From contig NC_086373.1 in NCBI RefSeq assembly GCF_036588685.1, positions 42,904,001 through 42,968,000 on the forward strand: a stretch of 64,000 nucleotides of DNA, written 5' to 3'. The stretch's first letter is position 1; every line of letters begins with the position of its first letter. This document shows, in pieces, positions 1 through 12,124 of the stretch. The notes below the pieces were generated by a model. It saw only the letters and a program-made list of their open reading frames with translations, was not told the DNA's origin and did no database searches. This DNA comes from Mytilus trossulus. Its lineage: Eukaryota. Position numbers and translations under genes: made by a program.

Positions 1-779
1 AATGCATAACTCGAACGATTTCATTTCCTAGAATAAAAATTTCTACTAGGTCAAGCTTTATTGTTCTTCAAATAGAACTAGTCCATCGTTAATCAGCTAA
101 ATCTCCTGTGTTTTGATGAATTATTAATTGTATGTTTAAAGTGTTTTCCATTGATTTTTTGCATTTATTTCTTGTAAGTTTTTATTTAATTTGTACAAGC
201 TTAAGAGTCTTATTTCTATGGAGACTTTAATTATTAAAGATGTCAATTAATTTTGATTGTGGCTTTATTTACAGAAGCGATGTTCATAAGATCTTTATAT
301 AAAAAAAATTGTAATAATGAACGGTATGCAATATGTTTAAGAGTTTAAGACAAAATACATCATGAACTTTTTTTAATGAACAAGATTTTCAGAATTGTTT
401 ATACATAACAAGTAAGTTAGCTAACTACTTTCATTCGAATATGAAAATATCAGGGGGAAAAACAGACAGGGCCGTGGTAAAAAATGAAAATAAAAGACCA
501 ACACCAGTCGATGCACAATTAATGCTACGGATAAAGATTGAGCATCACGAACTCGGTAAAACTTCGAAAAGAAAATCAGTGCTCCGGAACAGTTTGATAG
601 TCCCTGCTTTAGTCTAGTGACACCCTTCGTGTTGATAATGTCAAGTAAATATTTGGTGATAAGTGACAAGAAAAACAGAGGGAGAGCTTTTGGCTACAAG
701 TAGAACATATGATGACCATCTGTGACACAGATATAACATAACGGCCAACCGAATTATGATTGTGTCAAAAAAACTTTAG

Positions 780-1100
780 ACATAATGGCTTCGGTTTTAT
801 CACCCAGAACCCTCTCGTATAAGCAAGAACACTACAGCAAAAAAAATCATAATAAACACTGCCCTTTCTTGGATTTTGATAAATATGTCGTCAACGGAAA
901 GCTTAATACCAAAATTAATGATAAAATAGATGATTTTTCTTTTCCTATAGTTAATTAAATCATCAATTTTTAGTTGGTGAAGTTTCGATGTCACCATCTT
1001 ATGGTGTTTTTATATCTCAAATTTATTTAATTTGGCTGGTCATCGGTATGTAACAACGTATTTGGTTTTAACTAAAGAATCTCTGTATTACTGACACACA
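780..1100 (+). mobile_element. Penelope-like RT C-terminal fragment
   Basis: Degenerate CPFLDFD...NGKLNTKINDKIDDFSFPIVN, similar to the element at 14640-14800. Confidence 0.55.
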
Positions 1101-1716
1101 CTATTACACTCCCCCCTTTGGTGGGGAACAATTGGTTTGATTATATAGGGAAGCACTTTAGCATGACGGGAACGTCCATCACTCCTCGTGAAAGTTCTGG
1201 ATCCGCCACTGTGTCGACAACTGTTGTTTCTTTTGTTAGCTATTTTGAAATCGGACTCTGACTTCTTCTGGACTGAGTTTTTGCTGTGTGTTTGTATATT
1301 CTACATTGTTGAGATGTTTAGGGGAGGGTTGAGATCTTTCAATACATGTTTAACCTCGCCATATTTTTGATGCTGTCCTCTGGCCTTTTGGTCTTGTATG
1401 TTATTGTTTAATTTAGTTCATTTATATGTTTTGGAGTTTAGTGTGACATTCATTGTCACTGAACTAGTACACATTCTGTAAAAGATTAAGCCTTCCTCCA
1501 GTAGCGGAATTTTCTCGCTGTGTTGAATCCATTGTTGGCATTCGGCTATTTTTTTTTGGCTGATGTCTCTTTTGACACATTACTCATGTTCATATTCAAT
1601 ATTATGTATAGTGAAAATTCATTCAACAAAAATCCCAATTTGGATAATGTTCATTTAATGTTTGATTAACTGCTTAATTTTCAATAAAAAACACATATTA
1701 CTATAAAATGAAAGAC

Positions 1717-1722
1717 TTTATT
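1717..1722 (-). terminator. Probable polyadenylation signal of paralogue 1 (equivalents at 11185-11190 and 24898-24903)
   Basis: AATAAA sits in a block conserved ~1 kb downstream of all three paralogue stops (plus strand: ACACAT..ACTA.AAAATGAAA.ACTTTATTT). Confidence 0.6.
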
Positions 1723-2804
1723 TCAAGAATTATAAAAAGCACCATGTCATAAAACTTGTGGATTTAGAATAGCACCTATATATATAATTTAGCAATGCCA
1801 CATTTGTATGATCTTACTCCAATGACATCGAACATTTGCTCAACTCGAATGATTATGAGTGGAATGTTCGAAGGCCCCTTACGTCAAACATTTACTATTT
1901 CTGTATAATAATACTGCGCATGATTACTCACAAAATAATACATTTATATATATACAGTTTTTAAAAAAAAAATGCAAAATGTATACATATTATTTCTTTG
2001 TGCAGTAATCATATGTTGTTATTCAAGTAACTTATAAATTTGAATTGAACATTTATAAATCAACACAATGTATAAGTCTTACAATTTATATTTGCTAAGG
2101 TAGAGCTTTTATCTATCAAAATCGATCGTGTCAAACATTTCTTTGTTGATTATCTGAACTACCTTTTTTCTCCAGCGATGATAACGAAATGACAAATCGG
2201 GATTTGTTTAAAGCATGTCAGTATGCAACTGTAGCAATATATTAAAATATAAGTATATTAAAGATGTATATTGAATAAGTGACAGGAGATCTTAGAGTCC
2301 AAATAACGAAGATATAAGCTGTTAAACATGATGTATATTATCATATAGCTCTTAACAAGCATTATTTATGCACATAATAAATTCGCCCTGAGAAAAGTTT
2401 AAATTTAACATAAATGCAATTTGTGGACAATTAGAAGTGCTTTTTTTCTTCCTTTTTTTTATCACTCAGAAATATTCAGGTAAACAAAAACGATGTAGTT
2501 ATTTGATAAGGCAAAAGTACCCCAGTTTTCTTATACCCTTTAAAATATATTTCATAATAATAAAAAAAAACAATTTGAGACTCATGGCTATGTTCTTTGG
2601 TATAATTGTCAAAGGCGTTCACTATATATTCGAGTAATGTATTTTCTGAAGTTCTTGGGTGAATAAAATCAATGTTACATACGCATGCATTTGTACACAG
2701 AAAATAAGAATTCGAATATATAAAAGGAAAGTTCAATTAAATAAAGTTAAAATGATGTCTCACTCTGCTAGCAAATATTATCCTTTGTACTAGTGGACGC
2801 ACAT

Positions 2805-5800
2805 TTACTGTGGCGTTGGTGCAGTCGGTTGTTCGTTTGGCTTAGTTTGATAGGATGCTTCCTCGTACGATGGAGGATTATATGCTATATTAGAATAACC
2901 CGCCATAGGGGGTTGCTGCGTTGGCTGGCCGGTTGGGTAAGTTGGCTGTCCGGCTGGGTAAGTTGGTTGACCGGCTGGGTAAGTAGGATATGTGTACTGT
3001 GGTTGATAGCCTGGCTGTTGTGGATAGTATGGAGCACTGTAGGCTTGTTGTTGAGCTGTAAATTATATAAAGAATATAGATACACGCAAGTTTAAAAACG
3101 CTATCGAAAGTTCATTTTCTAATTTAGGTTGTCTTTGACATAAATAAATAGATCTTTCAGGCTTTAATGCTAAGGTTGCAAGTGTCTATTGTCGTTCGTT
3201 GTTCCCCTGTTCCTTGGTATTACGCGACCCAATGCCTCGCGTGTTGTATAAAATACATTGCTTTGTCCATTGACGAAACTTATTTGAAGTGTTCACTTTA
3301 CTCTCTACTCAATAGAACTGTTGCAACATTCAACTCCTTGTTATGTAATAGGTTATGTAAAACCAAGATTTACACCGTGTCATGGGTTATAATCCAAATT
3401 AGTTTATTGTTAAGTTGATTTTCCTTCCTTGAGATATTTTTGGATATATGTGAAAGTATGTGGTAATCATGAAAATCTCAAAATAGTAAATAAAACTTAA
3501 CATTTTACTTATTTCAAGATTGATGTGGATAAATTGGTTGATATGTGGTTAACATTTGTTTGCACCTGTCCTATGTCAGGAACTTGATGTTCAGTGGTTG
3601 TCGTTTATTGATGATTCAGACGCGTTTCTCGTTTCTCGGCGTTATGTATTCGGGTTTAGTTTTCTGTAATTAGTTAATACTTCAGTTTCTTTATGTATAT
3701 CTCTTTCATATTCATTTGAAAAAATTTACTGTTTGTAATAACATGAATTGTTCTATATAATAATAATGTTCCTATCCCGGGCATAAAAACAATGCCGTAT
3801 TTGGCGAAACCTTTTCAACTTTTGATCTTCAGTGCTGTACAACTTTGTACTTTTTTCACTTTCAATCTTTTATATCTGGGCGTCACTGGTGAGTCTTGTG
3901 TGAATAAGGCGCGTTTTTGGTGTATTGAATTTTAAACCTGATGCTTTTTGTTATCTATTAATCATGTTTTTCTTTGTCTAATATGTTCTCCTATTTATTT
4001 GTATTGTAGTCCTGTAATATTATGTTGTCATTTCAATGTTATATTTAACTTTGCCATTAAAGTGCGAGGTTTGGCATGCCACAAAACCAGGTTCAACCCA
4101 CCACTTTTATTCCCCTTTAAAAGTGTCCTGTACCAAGTCAGGAATATGGCCATTGTTATATTATTGTTCGTTTCTGTGTGTGTTGCATTTTAACGTTGAG
4201 TCGTTTGTGTTTTCCCTTATTTTTGAGATATTGAGATAAGACGTGGCACGGTATTTGTCTATTCAAAATTCATGTATTTGGTTTTCATGTTATATTTGTT
4301 ATTCTCGTGATGTTTTGTCTGATGCTTGGTCCGTTTCTGTGTGTGTTGCGTTTCGGTGTTGTGTCGTTGTTCTCCTCTTATATTTAATGCGTTTCCCGCG
4401 GTTTTAGTTTGTTACCCCGATTTTGTTTTTTGTCCATGGATTTATGAGTTTTGAACAGCGGTATACTACTGTTGCCTTTATTTCTCGTTTGCAGAGTCAT
4501 TACATGATAAAGACTTGCAATATTAGTTAGAATTCAAATTTTTTGTATCATATATGTGTTTAAAAATAAGACATTACCTTTGCTAGAGTCTACTGACAAT
4601 GATTATGGTTAGGAAGGAAATTCAGGTCTGACTATAACAATACCAATTATTTTAAGTCTTTCTGGTTACGGAAGGCTGTACTGATATCGATAGTTCGGTA
4701 AGATCTGTTTACTGCTGGTTGGTCTTCTATTTCAACTCGTTTTTTTTTATTATATAGGTTGTACCGTTGGTTTAATTTCCTGTTTGAATGGTTTGACACT
4801 AGACATTTTTAGCGCGATTTGTTATAGCTTGTATTTCGGTGTGAACCGATGTTCCTTGTTGAAGACCGTTATTTGTCCTATACTATAATTGTTTACTTTT
4901 ATAAATTGTGACTTGGATAGAGAGTTGTCTAATTGGCACTCATACCACATCTTCTTATATCTATTTTCAAATAAACTTACATGCATTGGTAGTCACTGTA
5001 GAGACTGATTGATTATTAACAATTGTTGATCCATTGTAAGCTGGACGTCTTTTACAGAATCTACATAACAAAACCATTACCACAATACAAATTACGAAAC
5101 TGATTCCTCCTCCGATAGCTGAACCAATTATTCGTGCGGTGCTCCTGTAATATTTCCACATTTTAAATTAGTTTCACCATTATTTATCAATGTTGTACAA
5201 ACGTTTATACTAGCTTATTTACGGAATAAAAGTTCACTTGATAACTCCAAGTTTAAAGTCGAAAAATTTAGAGAAAAAAATAATGGCCGTAATACGCTTC
5301 CGTACTTTTTCACACGGTATGTTAATAAGAAATTTATTTTCAACATTTAAAAAAATCGTTTATTTCAGCTTAGACGTCAATTACAAATGACAAGTTACAA
5401 GTTCATATGTGAGAAGACCAAGTTCGCCATGCGTTGGTCGACGATTTAGTTTGAATATAAATGCTAGTTTTTCCCCTTTGAGTTTTCTCGGTTAAAAGGT
5501 TTCATATCGCAATACAAAAATGAAGCATTGATTTTCTTATTAATAAGTTACTTACCAATGACTGCCATAGGTGTAGTAATAATAGCAGTAATAACTACTG
5601 GTGTAGTAATAACATGTAGCCGTGCTCTGGATCACTACAAAAGAACAAAATTAATTACAAATCATATATATACATTTATATCGCTATTTTGTGCATTTTT
5701 CCTTTGATCTTTTTTTGTAATATTTGTTTATATCATGCTACTCGCTTGAGATGGAAAATATCGCTAGAAACTAAGGAGGCACGTGGCGTTGCTAATGAAA

Positions 5801-8800
5801 TTGACATGAAATTGACAACGTCGTCATAGGTATATAAAAAAAAAAGCGATAAACAGATTATCATTGATCATCTCAACAATAATCTATAAATATATAATTT
5901 GTGTTATAACATAAGAATTAAAAACTAATATCAAATAATAAAATGGATACAACAGTAATTTTCTTACTTACAGTCGTCTCATTAAGTGGCAAATACAGTT
6001 GAAATCAGTTTTGACATCTCTTAAAATGTGTCAGGAAATGTGAGGCGGACAGTATTCAAAACAACTCTATTAGAACTGTAAAAAGCTGTGTATGATGTCT
6101 TAGAAAACTTATGAACAATTTTACCATACCATATTGCGACAGTTTTTGATCTAGAAGATTTTTTTTGAAACGGTGTTCGTACTAAAATAGTGAAAGAAAT
6201 GCATTCTATGTCGTCCTTTAACATGTCAATTATGTTTTCCATTTTCCCACGGTGACAAGGAATTGTCGTAACTACATAGGAAACATTTAATGCGTCTGAC
6301 TTCTTTGACAGCTGGATCTTAAAATTATAATGAGAAATAGAGAAAAAACTGCCAAACAAGACTATGAAACATCAGTATAGTTTTACTTTAGAACCGAATC
6401 TGACAGTTCTATCATAGAACAGATTCTGATAATTCTGTCCTGGGAACAGTATACCCAACATCAATATATAAACAAGTCTAAATTGAAAACTACGTTCAAA
6501 ATCTATGATTGCGTTCGATAAAAACCGCATTTTTTATACGTGTGAATGTAAATTCTTTTAGAATGGCATTAATAATTTTAAAAAGGTTTACTTTTACAAT
6601 GTGAAATGTTTATACTGTATTATTGATGGTGAGACGTTAATAAATTATTATTGTATTGTATTGTATTGTATTGTAAAACGAATTTCGTTGTAGAAGGGTC
6701 TAAATACAGCACAAACAACATTTTTCAAAAGACCAAACAAGTGAAAAAGTATATTTAAACAAAACGCATTTGACTAACAGGTTGAACAACTGATGTTCTT
6801 TAACTCTGCTGACTGCCATTGGCGATTGTTAAATAAAATTGATCACGAGATGTAACAAAATGGATCTTAATATACATTTAACTTGATACTAAACAGAAAA
6901 CAATAAACTTGTGGCCCAGATGTTATGCCACAAACATAAGGTGTCAATATTTTTTTTGTACACCAGATCTAGATTTCGACAATATATGTCTCTTCGGTGA
7001 TGTTAGGGACCGAAACGGTATTTGGAAGCCATATAATTTAGCCTCAATCTATGATGGACTCTTGAATTTAAGAGTCAATAAAGGTTGAACGGATGATATA
7101 AACTGGAAGTAAAATATGATACAAGTTCAAATGAAAAAATATATAAACTAGTCTAAATTGAAAACTACGTTCAAACCAAATGAATGATTGCGTTGGATAA
7201 AGACCACAATTTTTATACGTGTGCATGTAAAACAAATTTCGTTGTAGAAGGGTCTAAATACAGCACAAACAACATTTTCCAAAAGACCAAAAAAGTGAAA
7301 AAGTATATTTAAACAAAACGCATTGGACTAACAGGTTGAACAACTGATATTCGTTAACCCTGCTGACTGCCATTGGCGATTGCCAAATAAAATCCAACAT
7401 CAATATATATATATATGTATATGTTCCTGTTCGACCCTAGAACACAATCTGATAGTTCTATCCTAGAACTGATTCTGACAGTTCTACCTTATTCTTACAT
7501 ATTCTGACAGCTCTACCGTAGAACAGATTCAAACAATCAAGTGTACCACAGAACAGTTTAGGGTTTAGGACAGTGTTATTGTAAACTCAAGCAAATTAAA
7601 AGTTGTCTCTCGAACAGAGTCGAACCATTCTTTGTTAACTATACAACTTGAGATCTCATAAACATGTTTAACCCCGTCGCATTTTTGCCCCTGTCCCAAG
7701 TCAGGAGCCTCTGGCCTTTGTTAGTCTTGTATTATTTTTAATTTAGTTTCTTGTGTATAATTCGGAGTTTAGTATGGCGTATATAACTGAACTGGTATAT
7801 ATATGTGTTAAGGAGCCAGCTGAAGGACACCTCCGGTTGCGGGAATTTCTTGCTGCATTGAAGACCTATTGTGACCTTCTGCTGTTGTCTATTCTAGGGT
7901 CGGATTGTTGTCTCATAGAAACCTTCCCCATTTCCATTCTCAATTTTATAACTATTATATGACAGATTATTCAGACAGTTTTGTAGAAGGATTCGAACCT
8001 AGTATCCCAACAATAAAGTGAACAACTATCACACAGATCGAAGCCTTTAATAGTGCAATACTTATATATTTGAATTGATATATGTTGTAAAGCGTTTAGG
8101 GTAATTTTAATATTAAATAATGCGCTGTTATAAATACTGTATAATACTAACAATAGTGAGTAATTGAAGGGAAGAGTGTGAAATACATGATGTATAATTC
8201 GATTAACAAATCGATGTAAGAAAAATTAAAAAAAAGGTGGGTTCTCTATCCAAGACAGAACATCAGTACATGCATAGCAAACACACACACAAACAGCAAA
8301 AGAACAGCGCTTTAATTGCTATTCTTGATGTCAAAGTCACTATAACTTTCATGAGCTCTTTTTTACAGTAATAATTTTCAAAAAGTTTAGCCTCGAGCAT
8401 CACTGACAATAAATTAGTGTAAATGCGCATCTGGTGTAGAAAAGTTAATAACGTTAATGGTATTACGTGACATGTTGAATGATATAAAACTCTTTTAAAA
8501 AAATTAACACATATTATGTTAGCTTCATCAGAGTATCTAAACAATTGTGTAAACCAGTTAATTATGACACATGATTTTTCTTCATTGACATTCTCAGTTT
8601 GTTCAGAATCTACTTCCATTTTAGTGACATATTATTTGAGTAAACTTTGCGTGAAACGACGGATATGGTATAATGTATTTCCCAGAAAGAAGCCCAGAGC
8701 GATTGGACCAAACAAAGTATAAATTCTCTTTGGGATTTAGCCCCCTTTGCGTATTTCGGATCAGGATACTTAGTGTTGTCTGTGACATAATACTTTGACT

Positions 8801-9843
8801 ATTTAAAAGGTGTGGTGAATCACACCTTCTATAAATTTTAAAATGAAAATAATCAGAAAACTTAAAATTAACAGTTTTAAACAAGGACGATCACGATAAC
8901 GATAAAGGAAAGGACAAAATCAGTAAATTTTATATCAATGAACATGTTGACAAGATAGAACAAGTTAACGGTATAGGAAAGTAATCTTCAATTGATATAC
9001 GATCATACATGTATACATGTAAACAGAAAAAATAGTGTTGACAAGGGCGATAACCGAAAGTATCACCTACAAGTATAATGATAAAATCGATCCACGTTAG
9101 TTGTCTTTATATGAGAGTCAAAACCAACTTAAATTTAGTATTATATTAAAATAGTAAGATATTAAAAGGACACTGTTCATCATGTCATGTATATTTATTT
9201 TCAAATTGTACATATAATAATGGTTCATTAATTATCTGCATAAATATTCTTTTGTAACACAGTTGGTCAACTAACCCATAACTTTTAATCGATATCATTT
9301 CTTCTTCTTCTTTAGGTTTTCAGTAGTCCTTCAATGATCTGAAGATTATTTACTGTTTGCGCGCGCAGCGTGGCCTATATATATATTTACAAAAACAAAA
9401 GGGCCAAAACAAAAACAAAAATATTTGGAAATAAATTTGAGGTGCATAATTTATTAAAATTGTGATTAAAACTATGTACATAGGCTAATAATGAGTTAGA
9501 TGAATTTGTGGAGAACAGCTGGTGTGAGCTGTTCTCTGAAAGTGTCGACTGTGGCGACAGCGACTGTTTGCATTGGCAATAAGTTCCACTGAGTTATGGT
9601 ATATGGAAAAAATGAGTATTTAAATGTATCTTTTTTGGTTGAAATGTGTCTAAAAGTATAATTATGGTTTTTGCGTGTTCTACTGTCTGATGGTATGAGA
9701 ATAGCCGATGGTATAGCTACGATTTGATGTACTATTTTATTTCATTTGTATTGACATGTGACTTCCTTCATAAATTATATAAAATTCTACCTACCAGAAG
9801 CAAGAAAAGTAAATAAAAACAAATACAACTGTCGTCCTTCCAT
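2805..9843 (-). CDS. CYYR1/Shisa-like Cys/Tyr-rich type I membrane protein, paralogue 1 (180 aa, 4 coding exons)
   Basis: Exons 9795-9843, 5556-5634, 4981-5144 and 2805-3055 join with GT-AG introns in phases 1,2,1 (543 nt). Protein: MEGRQLYLFLFTFLASVIQSTA (signal peptide), TCYYYTSSYYCYYYYTYGSHWSTAR (ectodomain), IIGSAIGGGISFVICIVVMVLLC (TM), RFCKRR..., QQQAYSAPYYPQQPGYQPQYTY(PTYPxGQ)3...NPPSYEEA...EQPTAPTPQ*. Family assigned from architecture only. Confidence 0.85.
6471..7393 (-). mobile_element. Non-coding retrozyme/PLE-like insertion: partial tandem repeat with a hammerhead motif and a 16-bp TSD
   Basis: CCAACATCAATATATA at 6455-6470 and 7394-7409. 6471-6835 is repeated at 7147-7393. A hammerhead-like motif lies at 6959-7003 on the minus strand. 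Confidence 0.65.
7645..7950 (+). repeat. Dispersed SINE-like repeat (related copies at ~1320-1600, 50650-50822, and 36840-36980 reversed)
   Basis: Shared GTTTAACCCCG...CCTGTCCCAAGTCAGGAGCCTCTGGCCTTTGTTAGTCTTG...CATTTCCATTCTCAATTTTA. Confidence 0.6.
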
Positions 9844-9935
9844 TTTGAAACTTCTTGGTAATTGTACTATTTCACGGATGTTTGATTTTAAAAGGCCCAC
9901 TGATCAATAGTAGAAATTCAAATACCTGAGTTCTA
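9844..9935 (-). promoter_or_regulatory. Conserved proximal promoter/5'UTR block of the paralogues (also ~23475-23565 and ~32720-32815)
   Basis: Minus strand GCCTTTTAAAA.CA.ACA.CCGTGAA...TTCAAAATGG is shared by all three genes, with a TATA-like TTTAAAA about 45-55 bp upstream of the ATG. Confidence 0.5.
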
Positions 9936-10690
9936 TAAATAACCCTTAAGGTACATAAGTATATTTATAAATTTTAAAATGTAACGGTATACATTCAAAA
10001 ATTTATATAAGTCCACTCGATGTTTTATATTAAGTAAGACCACAAATAAAGGATCGCAGGTGTAGGTACCGTCTAACGTATAACATTTTATTTTTTCTAA
10101 ATGGGATCATTTTTTATTTATTTCCCTCTTTTGGGCTAAAGAATAAAAAAGGTCCCAAAAAGTGAAAACATCTCGAGTCTGTGGGTTTTTTTTCTTTAAT
10201 TTTGAAACTTCTTCACCAAACGATGTGTACTCAAATGTTATCTTCATAAAACATATAACAAACTAGTTTATCTGAAGATTTTTACGACTTTTTCTTTGGG
10301 CTTGTGAGAAACCGGATTAAGAATAAATTATGACTCGCATGCACATGACCTCATGTGACAATAAGACAAGAAGGAGGCGTGGTACGGTACGATTGACAAC
10401 TTGATAACCGCGAAAGACAAGGATTGTAACTCCTGTTACGCGTTTTATATGACGAAGTTCACTGTGACACATTACGGATTTCAAAAGATGGACGAATTGT
10501 TGTGATTTTTCTCTTTTTTTCAGAAAATGTATATTATAAAACTGAGATAATCCTATAAACTTTTCCAATAACATTTTGGCAAGAGGGTTACTGCAAATTT
10601 ACAAAGTACAAATATATATATACATTATAATGATTGATTGATTGTTGGTTGCTTAACGTAACATTATGAAAATCAATTTATATATGGGCC

Positions 10691-11135
10691 TAGAATCATA
10701 TTTAAAACAGTGTAGTCCTGGCCATTGATTGACGACCTAAATTATCCCATCGACTGGTACAGATTAGGTGAACGTTTGTCGGTAACAATCACTGCTCACT
10801 ATGTAATTGTTAAAGACACTGAATCTGTGGGGTCACCAAAGGTTCTCAACACATAAATAAAGCAATTCGAAAAACGAATCCGGAATGATATGATGTGTTG
10901 ATTTATATCAATAATATAAATCAAAACATAAAGGTTATTCCTGAATAATTGTTCGAATTATTTAATTATTAAAGGCGTTAAGAACCTTTGGTGACCCCAC
11001 AGTTTAAATTCTATAATAAGTAAGAAGTGAGCAATGGTCGTTACAGACAAACGTTCACCTAATCTGTCCCAGTCAATGGGACAATTTAGGTCGTCAATCA
11101 ATGGCCAGGACTACACTGTTTTGAATATGATTCTA
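10691..11135. mobile_element. MITE with ~110-bp TIRs (TAG...CTA)
   Basis: TAGAATCATATT..AAACAGTGT.GTCCTGGCCATTGATTGACGACC at both ends, inverted. Internal IR TGTGGGGTCACCAAAGGTTCT. A second copy lies at 57022-57465. Confidence 0.85.
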
Positions 11136-12124
11136 TATACATCGATAAAAAAAAACACACACACATGACTATAAAATGAAAAACTTTATTTTTAAAAATT
11201 GTATCAATGAACAGCAAAGCATTATAAAACTTTATAAAAGCAATTTAGATTTAAGCATTAGAAATAAACGACTTGTTGACTATAAGTGACGTCAGAAAAG
11301 TAAACTTATTTTTCTGAAATAAAAAATACTGTAAAGTTAAAAGGAAAGAATACTTTATTTTGATACATTTTTGATACAAGTTGATTGTCAAATAAAGGCA
11401 GGAGGGATAACTTGAGTGCTAAATTTTGAAAAGCACAATGACATATGTATCGCGTACCGTAAGTACCATGTGTATATTGCATGTCTTAAACAAACTTCTG
11501 TTTTTTTCCCCGGGTTGGTCGTTTTCGGTATTATGACTGCAACAAGAATAGTCAGTAAGTCCAACTAGCCTGTCGAATAACCGACAGTTTTGTAGAAATG
11601 TCAGAGTGTTTTCTTCTCCAATTCACATTTGACTGATATATATTTAAAGTTGTTGTATAATTCTTGCCAGACGACAATTATAATCAAAGACGTAATATGA
11701 TCAGACAATAGTGTTGCTCTTTATACGAACATAGTATATTATTAGAACAATCTCATTACTTTCTTCTCTGTTATTGTGAATTGCGGTATAATTTGCATTT
11801 TCAAAGTTCTGATATTTTACAGTTTAAATATTAATATATTGAAATCCATACCCCCGTATGTACAATTCTTGGATGATAAAAAGCATTTGTTTTATATGTA
11901 TTGAGACATACTCAATAAGAAAATGAATATGAAAAAAAAACTTTAAAAATTTTCTTGTTATTAATTATTTTTTCTGATAAGCGGAATATGTATTGGTGAA
12001 TCGAATGACCATATTCACAATGCTGTCTTTTCTTTTGTTATTGAAGTAACTTTGTTAGATTCGTTTTGTTATAAGTCTTCCGTTTATATAAATCAATTTG
12101 TTGTACAATGTGCTTGCGAATCAT

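Noticed and set aside
2793-3095. Trp-rich plus-strand ORFs (also 12098-12436) and the LTQP-repeat minus-strand ORFs
   Set aside because: These are antisense or off-frame readings of the Pro/Tyr-rich last exon. Splice phase selects the QQQ..YPQQP frame.
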